Made by a program: the position numbers and the translations under genes
Notes under the pieces: model-generated
What the model was told of the DNA's origin: nothing
The model's database searches: none
The model's input: only the letters and a program-made list of their open reading frames with translations
Virus record (IMG/VR): IMGVR_UViG_2716884207_000004
Coordinates: 1,808 to 65,807 of that record
Length of the DNA: 64,000 bases
Reading direction: 5' to 3' (one strand)
Source: a virus
Taxonomy: Duplodnaviria > Caudoviricetes
Shown here: one piece after another, positions 37,149-46,086 of the stretch
Layout: every line of letters starts with the position of its first letter
Position numbering within the stretch: position 1 is the stretch's first letter

Positions 37149-37739
37149 TTAATTTATTACGCGAACCTGCACCGACTGCCGTCCGAACTGCACAGCGTCG
37201 GCTTCGTCCGCAACCAATACGTCAATCTTGGCGCCTTTAATCGCGCCCCCAGTATCGAGCGCCACGGCTTCAAACGTCGTGCCGTCCGCCTGCTTTACTT
37301 CAACCGCCGAACCCAACGCAATCACTGACGGATCGACCGCTATAATGCGCTTGCCTGCGTGATAGATCGTTCCGGTTACGTCTATGCCCGTTGCGGTAAT
37401 TCCGCTGCAACCTTCGGGACATCGCGCGGTATACGCAGACGCTTGAAACGTTTGCCACGCGTTTGGATTCGCGGGTTTATTTTCGTTAGTATTTTCGTTA
37501 TTTTCCTTCGGTTTTGGTCGCGCCTTTGGCTTCGCTTTGACTTCCGCCCTCAACGTCGCCACTTCGTCCTCAAGCGCCTGGATACGCGCGTCTTTCTTTT
37601 CCGCCTCAGCTTCCGCTTTCTGCAACGCCGCATCTTCTTCCGTGATGCGCGGCGGATCTGGCGGTGGTGGCTCCGGCGGCTTGGCGGTTGGATTCGTAAG
37701 TAATTGCGTTGACATCGCTAGATTCGTTAGTATACCGAT
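37149..37739 (-). CDS. 3D-domain protein (lytic transglycosylase-like); start re-called at ATC 37739
   Basis: ASAY, GITATG, IAVDPSVIALGS, DTGGAIKG.KIDV; GAGGAGG-N7-ATC. Confidence 0.88.
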   Translation of the reverse strand: MGILTNLAMSTQLLTNPTAKPPEPPPPDPPRITEEDAALQKAEAEAEKKDARIQALEDEVATLRAEVKAKPKARPKPKENNENTNENKPANPNAWQTFQASAYTARCPEGCSGITATGIDVTGTIYHAGKRIIAVDPSVIALGSAVEVKQADGTTFEAVALDTGGAIKGAKIDVLVADEADAVQFGRQSVQVRVIN

Positions 37740-37741
37740 GC

Positions 37742-38566
37742 TTACACCTCCTCGAAAAACTGGTCCGTCCACGGTTCCACGTCGACCACTTCGCGCCTTA
37801 ACGCTTCGGCTAATTCGGTGATTTCCGCCTGTGCGCCGCGTCCCTTTTTACGTTTAGAATAGAACGACAACAACGCGGTAAGATTCGCAGTCATTACGAG
37901 ATTCGTTGCAGATGCGTTCGGTAGGACGGCGCGGGCGTCTTCGGCGGGCACTCCGGCTCTGCGCAAAAGATCGTAGGCTTGCTGCGCTATTTCCATAGCC
38001 TCCGCGAATATTTCCGTAGCAGGACGATCAGTAATTGGCGCTCCGTACACAAAGTCGTACATATCCGCCGTTTTATCGCTCGTAACTTTATCCGGAACTA
38101 CGTAATCGAACCCGCCGATCTTATCATCGCTTCCCATCCGTACATAACGCTGTGACTGAACGCTGAAGCTGAAGCCGACTCGGTGTCTCGTAAGCTGCGC
38201 TAGTAACGCCCGACTGACGCCCTCAATCGAAAAGGTGAACGTTAGGTGTTCGAGGGTCGACGTGTGTTTGGACGCGAAGATATGTCGGAAAAGCCGATCG
38301 GCATCCGTGCCTGCGCCGCCGTCTGACGCTTTGGAGCCGAAATACTTGGCGCCTTCCTTTGCGACGATTTCGGACGGCTTATTGGCGCTGTAGCATGTTC
38401 TGATTGCGGTTAGGGCGACCGCTTGGCCGTCAGTTACGCCCTCACGAAATAATTCGCCAACGTCAGTCAATGCGTCCTCAGTTTCGTTAAGCGTGAACAT
38501 TTTCGCAAATTTCTCTGAAACCAGTGTATGTGCGATTAGATGTACGTTCATTTTGGTTTCCGCCAT
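37742..38566 (-). CDS. thyX: FAD-dependent thymidylate synthase
   Basis: H.S.LEH, QLTRHR...SVQSQRY, EDARAVLP, AQAEI. Confidence 0.95.
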   Translation of the reverse strand: MAETKMNVHLIAHTLVSEKFAKMFTLNETEDALTDVGELFREGVTDGQAVALTAIRTCYSANKPSEIVAKEGAKYFGSKASDGGAGTDADRLFRHIFASKHTSTLEHLTFTFSIEGVSRALLAQLTRHRVGFSFSVQSQRYVRMGSDDKIGGFDYVVPDKVTSDKTADMYDFVYGAPITDRPATEIFAEAMEIAQQAYDLLRRAGVPAEDARAVLPNASATNLVMTANLTALLSFYSKRKKGRGAQAEITELAEALRREVVDVEPWTDQFFEEV

Positions 38567-38770
38567 TTATTCTCCTCCTCCGTATCCACTATGAGAACTA
38601 CTTCCGAATAATCCGATTGAAACAATTAAGGTTGTTATAAGCGCCGACATTATAAGGGGAATCAAAAATACTGCCGAGCCTATGAGGTAATCCGACTCAA
38701 ACGTAATAAGCTGTGTGATCAAATATGCGAAAAAGAAAACACATGCCCCGTATATAATCCAAAACCGCAT
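38567..38770 (-). CDS. Small membrane protein
   Basis: Two hydrophobic helices; tightly packed in operon. Confidence 0.65.
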   Translation of the reverse strand: MRFWIIYGACVFFFAYLITQLITFESDYLIGSAVFLIPLIMSALITTLIVSIGLFGSSSHSGYGGGE

Positions 38771-38992
38771 TTATTCGTCCTCCAATCGTTTTAACGCTCC
38801 GCCGTTTTCGTAAATAGTTTCGTTAATTAATAATCTGCGAGCTTTCTCCTTCGTAGTTATTCGGAATGTACAATCGTCTCTCCCGTACATTTCGCAGTTA
38901 ACAACGTAATCGCGAAATAGGTCGTTCATATACTCGATGTCGCCGCATCCGTACAGCTTACCGTTTAGAAAACACGCATATATTTGCGTCAT
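38771..38992 (-). CDS. Hypothetical protein
   Basis: ORF packed in operon. Confidence 0.65.
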   Translation of the reverse strand: MTQIYACFLNGKLYGCGDIEYMNDLFRDYVVNCEMYGRDDCTFRITTKEKARRLLINETIYENGGALKRLEDE

Positions 38993-39571
38993 CTAAGCGT
39001 CTTCCTTCGCCAGTCTCTCTAGCGCGCCGCCGTTTCTATCGTTAGCTTTTTCGTAAGACTCCGCAATAACCCCGCTACTCCCGAAGCCGCCCGCACCTCG
39101 ATCGCTATCGCCGAGCGCATCAACTTCCGTAAACACCGCCTGCTCGACCGGCTTGATAACGGCTTGCGCGATACGATCGCCTTTGCGGATTTTTATAACG
39201 TTATAATCCGTAGGTTTGACGCCATTAAAGTCGTCGTCCCCTGCTAGTATCCCGCGCATGATTCGTGGTTGTGATGCGTATCTAACTTGCGCAATATTAT
39301 CGACAATCACGCCAACCTCGCCCGTATATCCGCAATCTACAGTACCGAGCTGCACACGCAAAGGCGTCTTCAGCGTAATACCGGACCGTGGTCGGATCTG
39401 CATTTCGTAGCCCTCCGGAATCTCGAACGCCAAGCCCGTCGGCACACATGCGGTGGCGCCCGGCTCGATAATTACGTCCTCCGCCGCGACTAGATCGAAG
39501 CCAGCGTCCGTTGCGTGTGCGTAGGTTGGCGTTTGAGCGTCCGGTGATAAGCGTTTTATATTTACGTTCAT
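38993..39571 (-). CDS. dut: Trimeric dUTPase
   Basis: AGFDL, RPRSG, GTVD.GY.GE, RIAQ, RGAGGFGSSG. Confidence 0.95.
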   Translation of the reverse strand: MNVNIKRLSPDAQTPTYAHATDAGFDLVAAEDVIIEPGATACVPTGLAFEIPEGYEMQIRPRSGITLKTPLRVQLGTVDCGYTGEVGVIVDNIAQVRYASQPRIMRGILAGDDDFNGVKPTDYNVIKIRKGDRIAQAVIKPVEQAVFTEVDALGDSDRGAGGFGSSGVIAESYEKANDRNGGALERLAKEDA

Positions 39572-39600
39572 TTCGTTTCCTCCTTCGTAACGTCCTCATA

Positions 39601-39677
39601 TATAACTGCGAGGTTAGGTATCGGATTGGCACGTTTTCCTCATAAATAGATGCGTATAAAGTTCGGATAACGGACAC
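39601..39677 (-). promoter_or_regulatory. Tandem phage-specific promoter-like motifs (CC-N17-CGCA)
   Basis: GTGTCC-N17-CGCATCTATT and GTGCC-N17-CGCAGTTATA; same pair at 62833-62925. Confidence 0.7.
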
Positions 39678-40661
39678 TTAGTCTCCGAAATAAAAATCCG
39701 AATCCCTAAGCGCCTCGACCGTCGCTTTCTTATAGCCGTTACCCTTCTGCGAAAAGAAGTCATGCGATTTCGTCTTCGTACTTAGTCCGTTCATCACGAT
39801 CGAATTCGGCGTTTCGTCTTCAAAGTACGGATCGAACGCAAGGTTTTGCAGCGCTTTATTCGCGTTATAACGCATGAACCGTTTGACATCGTGCGTCAGA
39901 CCGACCGCATCGTAAAGGTCCTCGGCATAGGCGACCTCGTTTTCGTAGAGCTCCGTCAATAAATCAATGGCAAAGTCGCGTAATTCTAACTGAACGCTAT
40001 GAGCTTGACGGTTATAGATTTCCTGCGCGACCAAGCCGGTATAAACGCCGTGGATCGCTTCATCGCGAATAATAAGCGATATAATTTCACCGGAGTTCGT
40101 AAGCTTGCCTTGGCCCGCGAAATATAACGGATAATAAAAGCCGCTATAGAACAAAAAGCTTTCGAGGTATACCGAAGCGACCAGCGCCTTATACAGCGAA
40201 ATATCATCGTCCGCCTCAATCGCGTTATACAGGCCGACGATCCGTTCCGCCTTCCGTTGCAAATACGGGTTGGTCTTAACCCATTCGAAAACTTCGTTAA
40301 TTGTTTCGGTAGGCGCGAGCGTCATAAAAATATTCGAATACGACTTCGCATGAACAGCGTTCTCCATCATCGCCATGAAATTAAGGACGGCTTTGCGTTG
40401 GTGTCCGTCGATGTGCTGCGCGATGATAGGCATGCCGGTGTTTCCCTGCTCCGTATCCAGTAGCGTTAGGCCCGCAAGATCGCGCATATATACGAGTTGC
40501 TCGGTCGGACTCAGCGCCTTCCACGTCAAGAGATCGCCGTTTAGCGAAATCTCTTCCGGAAGCCAGAATTGCTTAACGTTCTGCGCGTAGAACATTTGCG
40601 TAAAGTCGTCTTCGTGGCGCGACCAATCGGCCGCCGTGTGGATTGCGTTTGCGTTCGTCAA
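39678..40661 (-). CDS. nrdF: Class Ib ribonucleotide reductase beta subunit
   Basis: [46 protein letters not shown]. Confidence 0.97.
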   Translation of the reverse strand: MTNANAIHTAADWSRHEDDFTQMFYAQNVKQFWLPEEISLNGDLLTWKALSPTEQLVYMRDLAGLTLLDTEQGNTGMPIIAQHIDGHQRKAVLNFMAMMENAVHAKSYSNIFMTLAPTETINEVFEWVKTNPYLQRKAERIVGLYNAIEADDDISLYKALVASVYLESFLFYSGFYYPLYFAGQGKLTNSGEIISLIIRDEAIHGVYTGLVAQEIYNRQAHSVQLELRDFAIDLLTELYENEVAYAEDLYDAVGLTHDVKRFMRYNANKALQNLAFDPYFEDETPNSIVMNGLSTKTKSHDFFSQKGNGYKKATVEALRDSDFYFGD

Positions 40662-40868
40662 TTATTCGTCCTCCTTCTGCGTACTCTCTATAGGTAGCTC
40701 TGCCGTTTCATATCGACTAAATATCGTTGCTCTATCCGTATCCGTTGCGTAAGGATGCACCGATTTTGCCGGGAGCGTAGTTACAAATGTCCAGCCTTTC
40801 TCGTTCATTTGCGTTATTGTATCTCGATCCACATACTCGCTAGTTATAATAACTTGAAACTTAATCAT
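40662..40868 (-). CDS. Small hypothetical protein between nrdE and nrdF
   Basis: SD GAGGAGG; MNEKGWTFV. Confidence 0.6.
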   Translation of the reverse strand: MIKFQVIITSEYVDRDTITQMNEKGWTFVTTLPAKSVHPYATDTDRATIFSRYETAELPIESTQKEDE

Positions 40869-40887
40869 CTTTCCGCCTCCTCTTCGT

Positions 40888-42972
40888 TTAAACAACGCAA
40901 CTCAAGCACGAATCCTGGCCGGTATCCTTTGTTCGCGCATAATACAGCGTTTTAATACCTCGATGATGCGCGTATAAGTCAATCCGGTTCAGATCGCGCG
41001 TCGTCATCGTATCTTTCAAGAACAGCGTAAACGAAATGCCCTGATCGACGTGCTGCTGAATCGTTGCGATCATATCAACAACTTTAAACATATCCATGTC
41101 GTACGCTTCCTTATAGAAGAACCAATTCTGCGGCGACAACCCCGGCATCGGATAATACGTCTTCGAATTTCCGTACGTACGCTCCTCGATACGCTCCATA
41201 ATCGGCATGACAGACGCCGTAGCCGACTGCACATACGATATTGAACCCGTCGGCGCAATCGCAAGTCTGTACGAATGGTAAAGACCGTACATCACAACGT
41301 TATCCCGCAACGCTTCCCATTCAATCGGCGCCGGAATTGTAACGCCTTCAAATAGCTGCGCAACCTTCTCTGTTTTAGGACGGAAATCTCCTGCGACGTA
41401 CTTGTCGAAGTAACTACCGCCTGCATACGTAGAACCCTCGAACCCTTCGTACGCGGTTCCAGTCTGCTGCGCTAATTCATTCGAACGTACAAGCGACCAA
41501 TAATTCACCAACGCGAAGAATACATTAGCGAAATCCCTCGCTTCTTCCGATTCATAAGCGATACCGTTTTGCGCTAAATAGCCGTGTAAATTCATCGCGC
41601 CAAGTCCAATCGAACGCATCTCACGGTTAGCTCGCGCAACAGCCGGCGCATTCTTGATATTCGAAGTTTCCGAGACTCGTGTTAGAGCATCAACGGATAA
41701 CTTAACGATCGTTTCGAAGTCGCCGTTTTTCATTACGTTTGCAATGTTTAGCGAGCCGAGGTTACACGAAATATCGAGGCCGATTTCGTCCGGTTCGCCA
41801 TAGTCGGTGTACTCCGAAACCTGCGATGCTTGAAGCACTTCGCTACAGAGGTTCGAAAACTTAACCTTCGAAATGTGATTGTTCGTGTGGTCTGCGTTAA
41901 CGTTACCTTCGAACATGATGTACGGATAGCCCGATTCGGATCGCAGTACGGCGAGCTTTTCGAGTAGCTTCCGCGGATTAATCTTTTCCTTACGCACGGC
42001 CGGATTATCGACGAGCTGATCGTACATCTCTCCGATATCCATTTCGTCTAGGTACTGGCCGTACGCTTTGTATACGGTGTGCGGATAGAAAACGTAAGCC
42101 GGCCGATCTTCTCGCGCCAGTTCGATGAATTTATCCGGAATGACAACGCCGATTGATAACGTTTTAACGCGTACGTCTTCATCTGCCGAGATTTTCTTCG
42201 TATCCAAGAAATCGTTAATGTCAGCATGGAATACGTTAAGGTACGCTACGCCGGAACCCTGCCGCTGACCCATCTGATCCGCATAACGGAACGCATTATC
42301 GAGCAGCTTCATAACGCCGACTACGCCCTTCGTCGCGTTCTCTACGTCTTTAATCGCTTCGCCCTTCGCTCTAAGCTTCGATAGATTAAGCGAGACGCCG
42401 CCGCCAAGCTTCGAGAGCTGCATCGAAATGTCAATAGCGCGACTAATATCGTTAAGGGAATCGTTAACTTCGAGCAGGAAACACGAAACTAATTCGCCGC
42501 GACGCTTCCGACCCGCGTTCAAGAACGTCGGCGTGGACGGCTGATATTCCTGGCGCATCATTAAATCGACGTACTCAAGCGCCTTGGTTGCGTCTCCCTC
42601 CGCGAAAAACAACGCACAGCAAGCGACCCGGTCTTCGTAGCGTTCGAGAATCTTCTTGCCATCATTCGTCTTCAGCGCATAGTCGTTATAAAATTTGAAC
42701 GCGCTCATGAACGAAGGGAATCGGAACTTGTGCGCATAGGCCGCTTTATAGACCGCCTTGATTTCCTCGAACGTATAGGCGTCCAGGAATTCGGTTTCGT
42801 AGTATTCGTTATCGCGTAGGTAGTCGAGCTTTTCGCGAAGGTCGTGGAAAAATACGGTGTTTTGATTTACGTAGTCAATAAAATAAGCGCGGACGGCTTC
42901 AAGATCCTTTTCGAATTGGAACCGGCCGTCCTTCTGTAGCATAATTTCGTTATTAAGTTCGATGTAATTCGT
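40888..42972 (-). CDS. nrdE: Class Ib ribonucleotide reductase alpha subunit (no intron or intein)
   Basis: PSTPTFLNAG, SCFLL, SNLCSE, CNLGS, APTGSISY, KTLYY, C-terminal CLSC. Confidence 0.97.
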   Translation of the reverse strand, partial: TNYIELNNEIMLQKDGRFQFEKDLEAVRAYFIDYVNQNTVFFHDLREKLDYLRDNEYYETEFLDAYTFEEIKAVYKAAYAHKFRFPSFMSAFKFYNDYALKTNDGKKILERYEDRVACCALFFAEGDATKALEYVDLMMRQEYQPSTPTFLNAGRKRRGELVSCFLLEVNDSLNDISRAIDISMQLSKLGGGVSLNLSKLRAKGEAIKDVENATKGVVGVMKLLDNAFRYADQMGQRQGSGVAYLNVFHADINDFLDTKKISADEDVRVKTLSIGVVIPDKFIELAREDRPAYVFYPHTVYKAYGQYLDEMDIGEMYDQLVDNPAVRKEKINPRKLLEKLAVLRSESGYPYIMFEGNVNADHTNNHISKVKFSNLCSEVLQASQVSEYTDYGEPDEIGLDISCNLGSLNIANVMKNGDFETIVKLSVDALTRVSETSNIKNAPAVARANREMRSIGLGAMNLHGYLAQNGIAYESEEARDFANVFFALVNYWSLVRSNELAQQTGTAYEGFEGSTYAGGSYFDKYVAGDFRPKTEKVAQLFEGVTIPAPIEWEALRDNVVMYGLYHSYRLAIAPTGSISYVQSATASVMPIMERIEERTYGNSKTYYPMPGLSPQNWFFYKEAYDMDMFKVVDMIATIQQHVDQGISFTLFLKDTMTTRDLNRIDLYAHHRGIKTLYYARTKDTGQDSCLSCVV

Positions 42973-43321
42973 CAAGCGCATTCACCCTTTCGATAAATTG
43001 TCGTACATCTGCGTCCGTTCCCGCTAATTCAAAGCGCCCGATCACCGGCACGCTGTATTGCGCCGCGATTATGTCCGCCGCCTTTGCGTAGTTTCCGCCC
43101 CAGTTACGGTTGCCCGACGCAGCCACACCCGTCAAGTACGCGCTATTAACCGCAAGGAAATCATCCACCGGCCGCGCCACCTGACCGAAGCCGTACGTTC
43201 CAGTCACGCAAACGAACGGCTCGGTTAGCGTTAGGTCTGGCGCTAGTTCAACGGCGCGTAAACCGGTCTTTGCGACGAATCGGCGTACGTTGCCAGTCCG
43301 CGAATAGTAAGCGATTAGCAT
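42953..43321 (-). CDS. nrdI: Flavoprotein NrdI
   Basis: YSRTGNVRRF, TYGFG, SGNRNWG, FELAGT. Confidence 0.95.
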   Translation of the reverse strand: MLIAYYSRTGNVRRFVAKTGLRAVELAPDLTLTEPFVCVTGTYGFGQVARPVDDFLAVNSAYLTGVAASGNRNWGGNYAKAADIIAAQYSVPVIGRFELAGTDADVRQFIERVNALDELHRT

Positions 43322-43509
43322 TCGGAATCATCTTCGTCTTCTAACGAATCAAGTTCGTCTTCGATGTCAGCGATTTGATCTTCGATATCGTCAATATCGT
43401 TTTGAACGTCCTGTATCTCATCGCGTAAGTCTTCTAGCTTGTCTTCCTGCGCATCGAGTTCGAATTGCAACGCTAATAGTGCGCTTTCTAGTTCTTCGCG
43501 TTTATGCAT
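43315..43509 (-). CDS. Highly acidic coiled-coil protein
   Basis: D/E-rich heptad pattern. Confidence 0.65.
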   Translation of the reverse strand: MHKREELESALLALQFELDAQEDKLEDLRDEIQDVQNDIDDIEDQIADIEDELDSLEDEDDSEC

Positions 43510-43514
43510 CCGAT

Positions 43515-43700
43515 CTACCCCTTCCGTCTCTCGATTTCCGCCTCTAATTCGTCCAGCTGCGCTTGTGTCCGATCACGTTCGATTCTCGCTTCGATAATCT
43601 TCCGGTCATGAAACCTAATTGCGGAATCACTATCGGTAAGTTTTTCGTTAAGCCATCGCCGCATGTCATGTAGTTCTCCGTCGGTTGCTGTATAGATCAT
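43515..43700 (-). CDS. Hypothetical coiled-coil protein
   Basis: Coupled ORF. Confidence 0.6.
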   Translation of the reverse strand: MIYTATDGELHDMRRWLNEKLTDSDSAIRFHDRKIIEARIERDRTQAQLDELEAEIERRKG

Positions 43701-43987
43701 TCGGCCGGTCCCTCCGTTTCGCGTTTAACGTCCGCCTCTAGGCGTTTATGATTGCGATAAGGCTCGACGATCAGCCAGTTAATGAATTCGATGACCACCG
43801 CACAGATAACGATTAAGAAAGCGCCGACGATACCAACCTTGATTATCGCGCCGATAACCGGAAAGCCAAGAAGCGCGTACATATTAAACACGGAACTGAC
43901 GATTAATACTCCGGTCACTGCGCCGAGTAGCGCTGCGCTTAGATACGTAACAGCCATCGTAAATCTCTCTTTAAACATTCGTATCAC
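43697..43987 (-). CDS. Membrane protein
   Basis: Two TM segments. Confidence 0.6.
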   Translation of the reverse strand: MIRMFKERFTMAVTYLSAALLGAVTGVLIVSSVFNMYALLGFPVIGAIIKVGIVGAFLIVICAVVIEFINWLIVEPYRNHKRLEADVKRETEGPAE

Positions 43988-44550
43988 TCCTTCGGTTTAT
44001 CTATTACGCCTTCGTGAATCAGCCACGCAAGCCCAATCGCAGCCGCATCGCTTTCATCGAAATTAGCGAACTCGCCAGTATACCCGGTCATACGCCGCAC
44101 TGCCGCCTCTACTACGTCCTTTTCTGCGCTGCCCGATCCGGCTACCAACGACTTAACCCGCGTTGCTGATATTCCGAGCTGTGGTTGCTTTGTAGTCGGA
44201 GTTTTCCGGTATCTATCGAACGTCAACCCGAAGCGCGATGTTGCCCGTTCACACGCGTTCCATGCCGCCAGCACCGGATAATTCGAGGTCGACGTTTTGC
44301 CGGCGAAGTCCTCCCGCACCACATAGTCGAAACCGTCTCGCGGGCAGTTTTTATCGAGAAAGACCTTCGCCCATCCTTCGATGACTTCCGCTCTGTGCGC
44401 ATGATCGCGGTCTCTGTTTGGCTTAACGTGCGATAGCGCTTTGATCGTAGGCTTTCGGTTGCGTACCTCGATTATCGCGACGCCAGGGCAGGTCATCGAC
44501 GTATCGAACGCGAGGCACCGGATAGGCTTGGCGCTACTCACGAACACCAC
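43984..44550 (-). CDS. RuvC-like Holliday junction resolvase
   Basis: LAFDTS, VVRED, VKSLVAGSGSAEK, DESDAAAIG. Confidence 0.85.
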   Translation of the reverse strand: MVFVSSAKPIRCLAFDTSMTCPGVAIIEVRNRKPTIKALSHVKPNRDRDHAHRAEVIEGWAKVFLDKNCPRDGFDYVVREDFAGKTSTSNYPVLAAWNACERATSRFGLTFDRYRKTPTTKQPQLGISATRVKSLVAGSGSAEKDVVEAAVRRMTGYTGEFANFDESDAAAIGLAWLIHEGVIDKPKE

Positions 44551-44738
44551 CGCTGGAAGTCGATATCCTGAGTATTCAACGCCGCCTCTGCTAATTCTGA
44601 CGCGTTCTCGGCGCCGGTAGCGATCGCCATTAAAACGTTTAGATATAACGAATCTTCCAGCGAGTGAGCAATTTCGTTATCTCCTGCCGATTCCCTAATC
44701 CTTTCGACTGTTTTAAGAACGTCTTCTTTCGTCATCAA
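44538..44738 (-). CDS. Hypothetical protein
   Basis: Coupled ORF. Confidence 0.6.
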   Translation of the reverse strand: MMTKEDVLKTVERIRESAGDNEIAHSLEDSLYLNVLMAIATGAENASELAEAALNTQDIDFQRWCS

Positions 44739-45793
44739 ACCGCCTCCCCTTTGCGTACTTTTTCGATAAACTCTAGCGCACCGGCGTACTGCCGCTTAGT
44801 AGATTCGTACACATTCGACCGCCTTACCTGCGAAACTTTATCGCGTATGGCCGCCAATTCAGCATCCGTCAATGTTTGCGCAATAGCCGTTTTGTATCCG
44901 TTAAACGTCCAGCCGTTAAGATCCAGTGTCATCGGCTTGCGTTCATCTACCGACGTCTGTATTTCTACGAATCTATCGAGCAGTGCGTCAATGTCCGCCT
45001 GGCTAATTTCGATGCCGAACGCTCGGATGTCCGGGCTCTTTTCGAATTCGCCTTCTGGATATTCCCACGCTTTCTTCGCCGCGTTTACGTAGAGAATTAC
45101 GTACAGGTCAACGCCGTACATTTCCGCATAGGCAACGCATTGTTTAACGTGTTTTTCGTCCGGCTTCTTCAGCGAATGGAACGACGTACGGGCCGCCGAC
45201 GTTTGCTTCGACTTGATTTCGAGGCCGACGCGTAAAATCTCGCCGTCTTCCGTTACATAACGCATAATACCGTCGCATGTTCCGTATAGATGAAACGTCT
45301 TGCCGCCGCGCTCGATCTTATGGCTCCGTTTTGCGAAGTCCTCGAACATTGGCGTGCCGTCTTCGTTGCGTTCGAAGCTGAACGGGCAGGGCCGGCCGGT
45401 TTTCTTTTCGAAGTGTTTTTCCATAAAGAGAATATCGCGCTGGATCATATCGCCAATCGCCGTTCCGATACGCGTCCAACGGCCTTGATACGGAGGCTTT
45501 CGCGTTTCGTCTTTCGGTGATCCGATCGCTTTGTGATAGAGCTCGCGCGGGCAGGCGTTTGCAGATGACGGTGAAAAATACGGCTTCTTCGGAAATACTT
45601 TCGGAGCGTCTGCGTACCATCGGTGTATCTGCGCGTCTAAAGCGTTATCCCACGTCTCAGGCAGCGAGTGCCATTCGTTTAGATATTCGATGAGTTCATC
45701 CGCAATCTGCTGCGCATATGTGGTCAGCTCGGGCGCCGGCGCTAATTGGGCGCGCAGTGAGTTTGCGGCTGATCGTGCGTTTGCGTTCGTCAA
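44735..45793 (-). CDS. PD-(D/E)XK exonuclease
   Basis: SPSS..CPRELY, GTCDG, LEIKS, QCVAY. Confidence 0.8.
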   Translation of the reverse strand: MTNANARSAANSLRAQLAPAPELTTYAQQIADELIEYLNEWHSLPETWDNALDAQIHRWYADAPKVFPKKPYFSPSSANACPRELYHKAIGSPKDETRKPPYQGRWTRIGTAIGDMIQRDILFMEKHFEKKTGRPCPFSFERNEDGTPMFEDFAKRSHKIERGGKTFHLYGTCDGIMRYVTEDGEILRVGLEIKSKQTSAARTSFHSLKKPDEKHVKQCVAYAEMYGVDLYVILYVNAAKKAWEYPEGEFEKSPDIRAFGIEISQADIDALLDRFVEIQTSVDERKPMTLDLNGWTFNGYKTAIAQTLTDAELAAIRDKVSQVRRSNVYESTKRQYAGALEFIEKVRKGEAV

Positions 45794-46086
45794 ACTGCCA
45801 CCCACTTCGTTACTGCGATCTCGCGTTTTTCTACTTCGGTAATTTCGGCCGGATCGTCGGCTCCGTACATTTCGCTATCATACGTCCAGTAAGTCCAGTC
45901 CGATCCCGACCTGCCGATTTCTCCCCTATAGTGCTTATTTCCATCGGTGAAAATAACGGTTTTACTTTGGTACTTGTGTTCGTGCTTCCATTCGCTTTCC
46001 TCTACGACTGTATAGGTCACATCGCCGATATCAATTCCGCCTTCAAACGTCATATCTTCCAGTTGTTCAATCGTCAATTTAACCAA
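45790..46086 (-). CDS. Hypothetical protein
   Basis: SD AAGGAGG before TTG. Confidence 0.7.
   Translation of the reverse strand: MVKLTIEQLEDMTFEGGIDIGDVTYTVVEESEWKHEHKYQSKTVIFTDGNKHYRGEIGRSGSDWTYWTYDSEMYGADDPAEITEVEKREIAVTKWVAV

Noticed and set aside
39678-42972. Introns or inteins in nrdE/nrdF as in SPbeta
   Set aside because: Both frames are continuous and of normal length
44735-45793. Cas4/CRISPR association
   Set aside because: Ordinary phage exonuclease beside the polymerase; no C-terminal Cys cluster, no array
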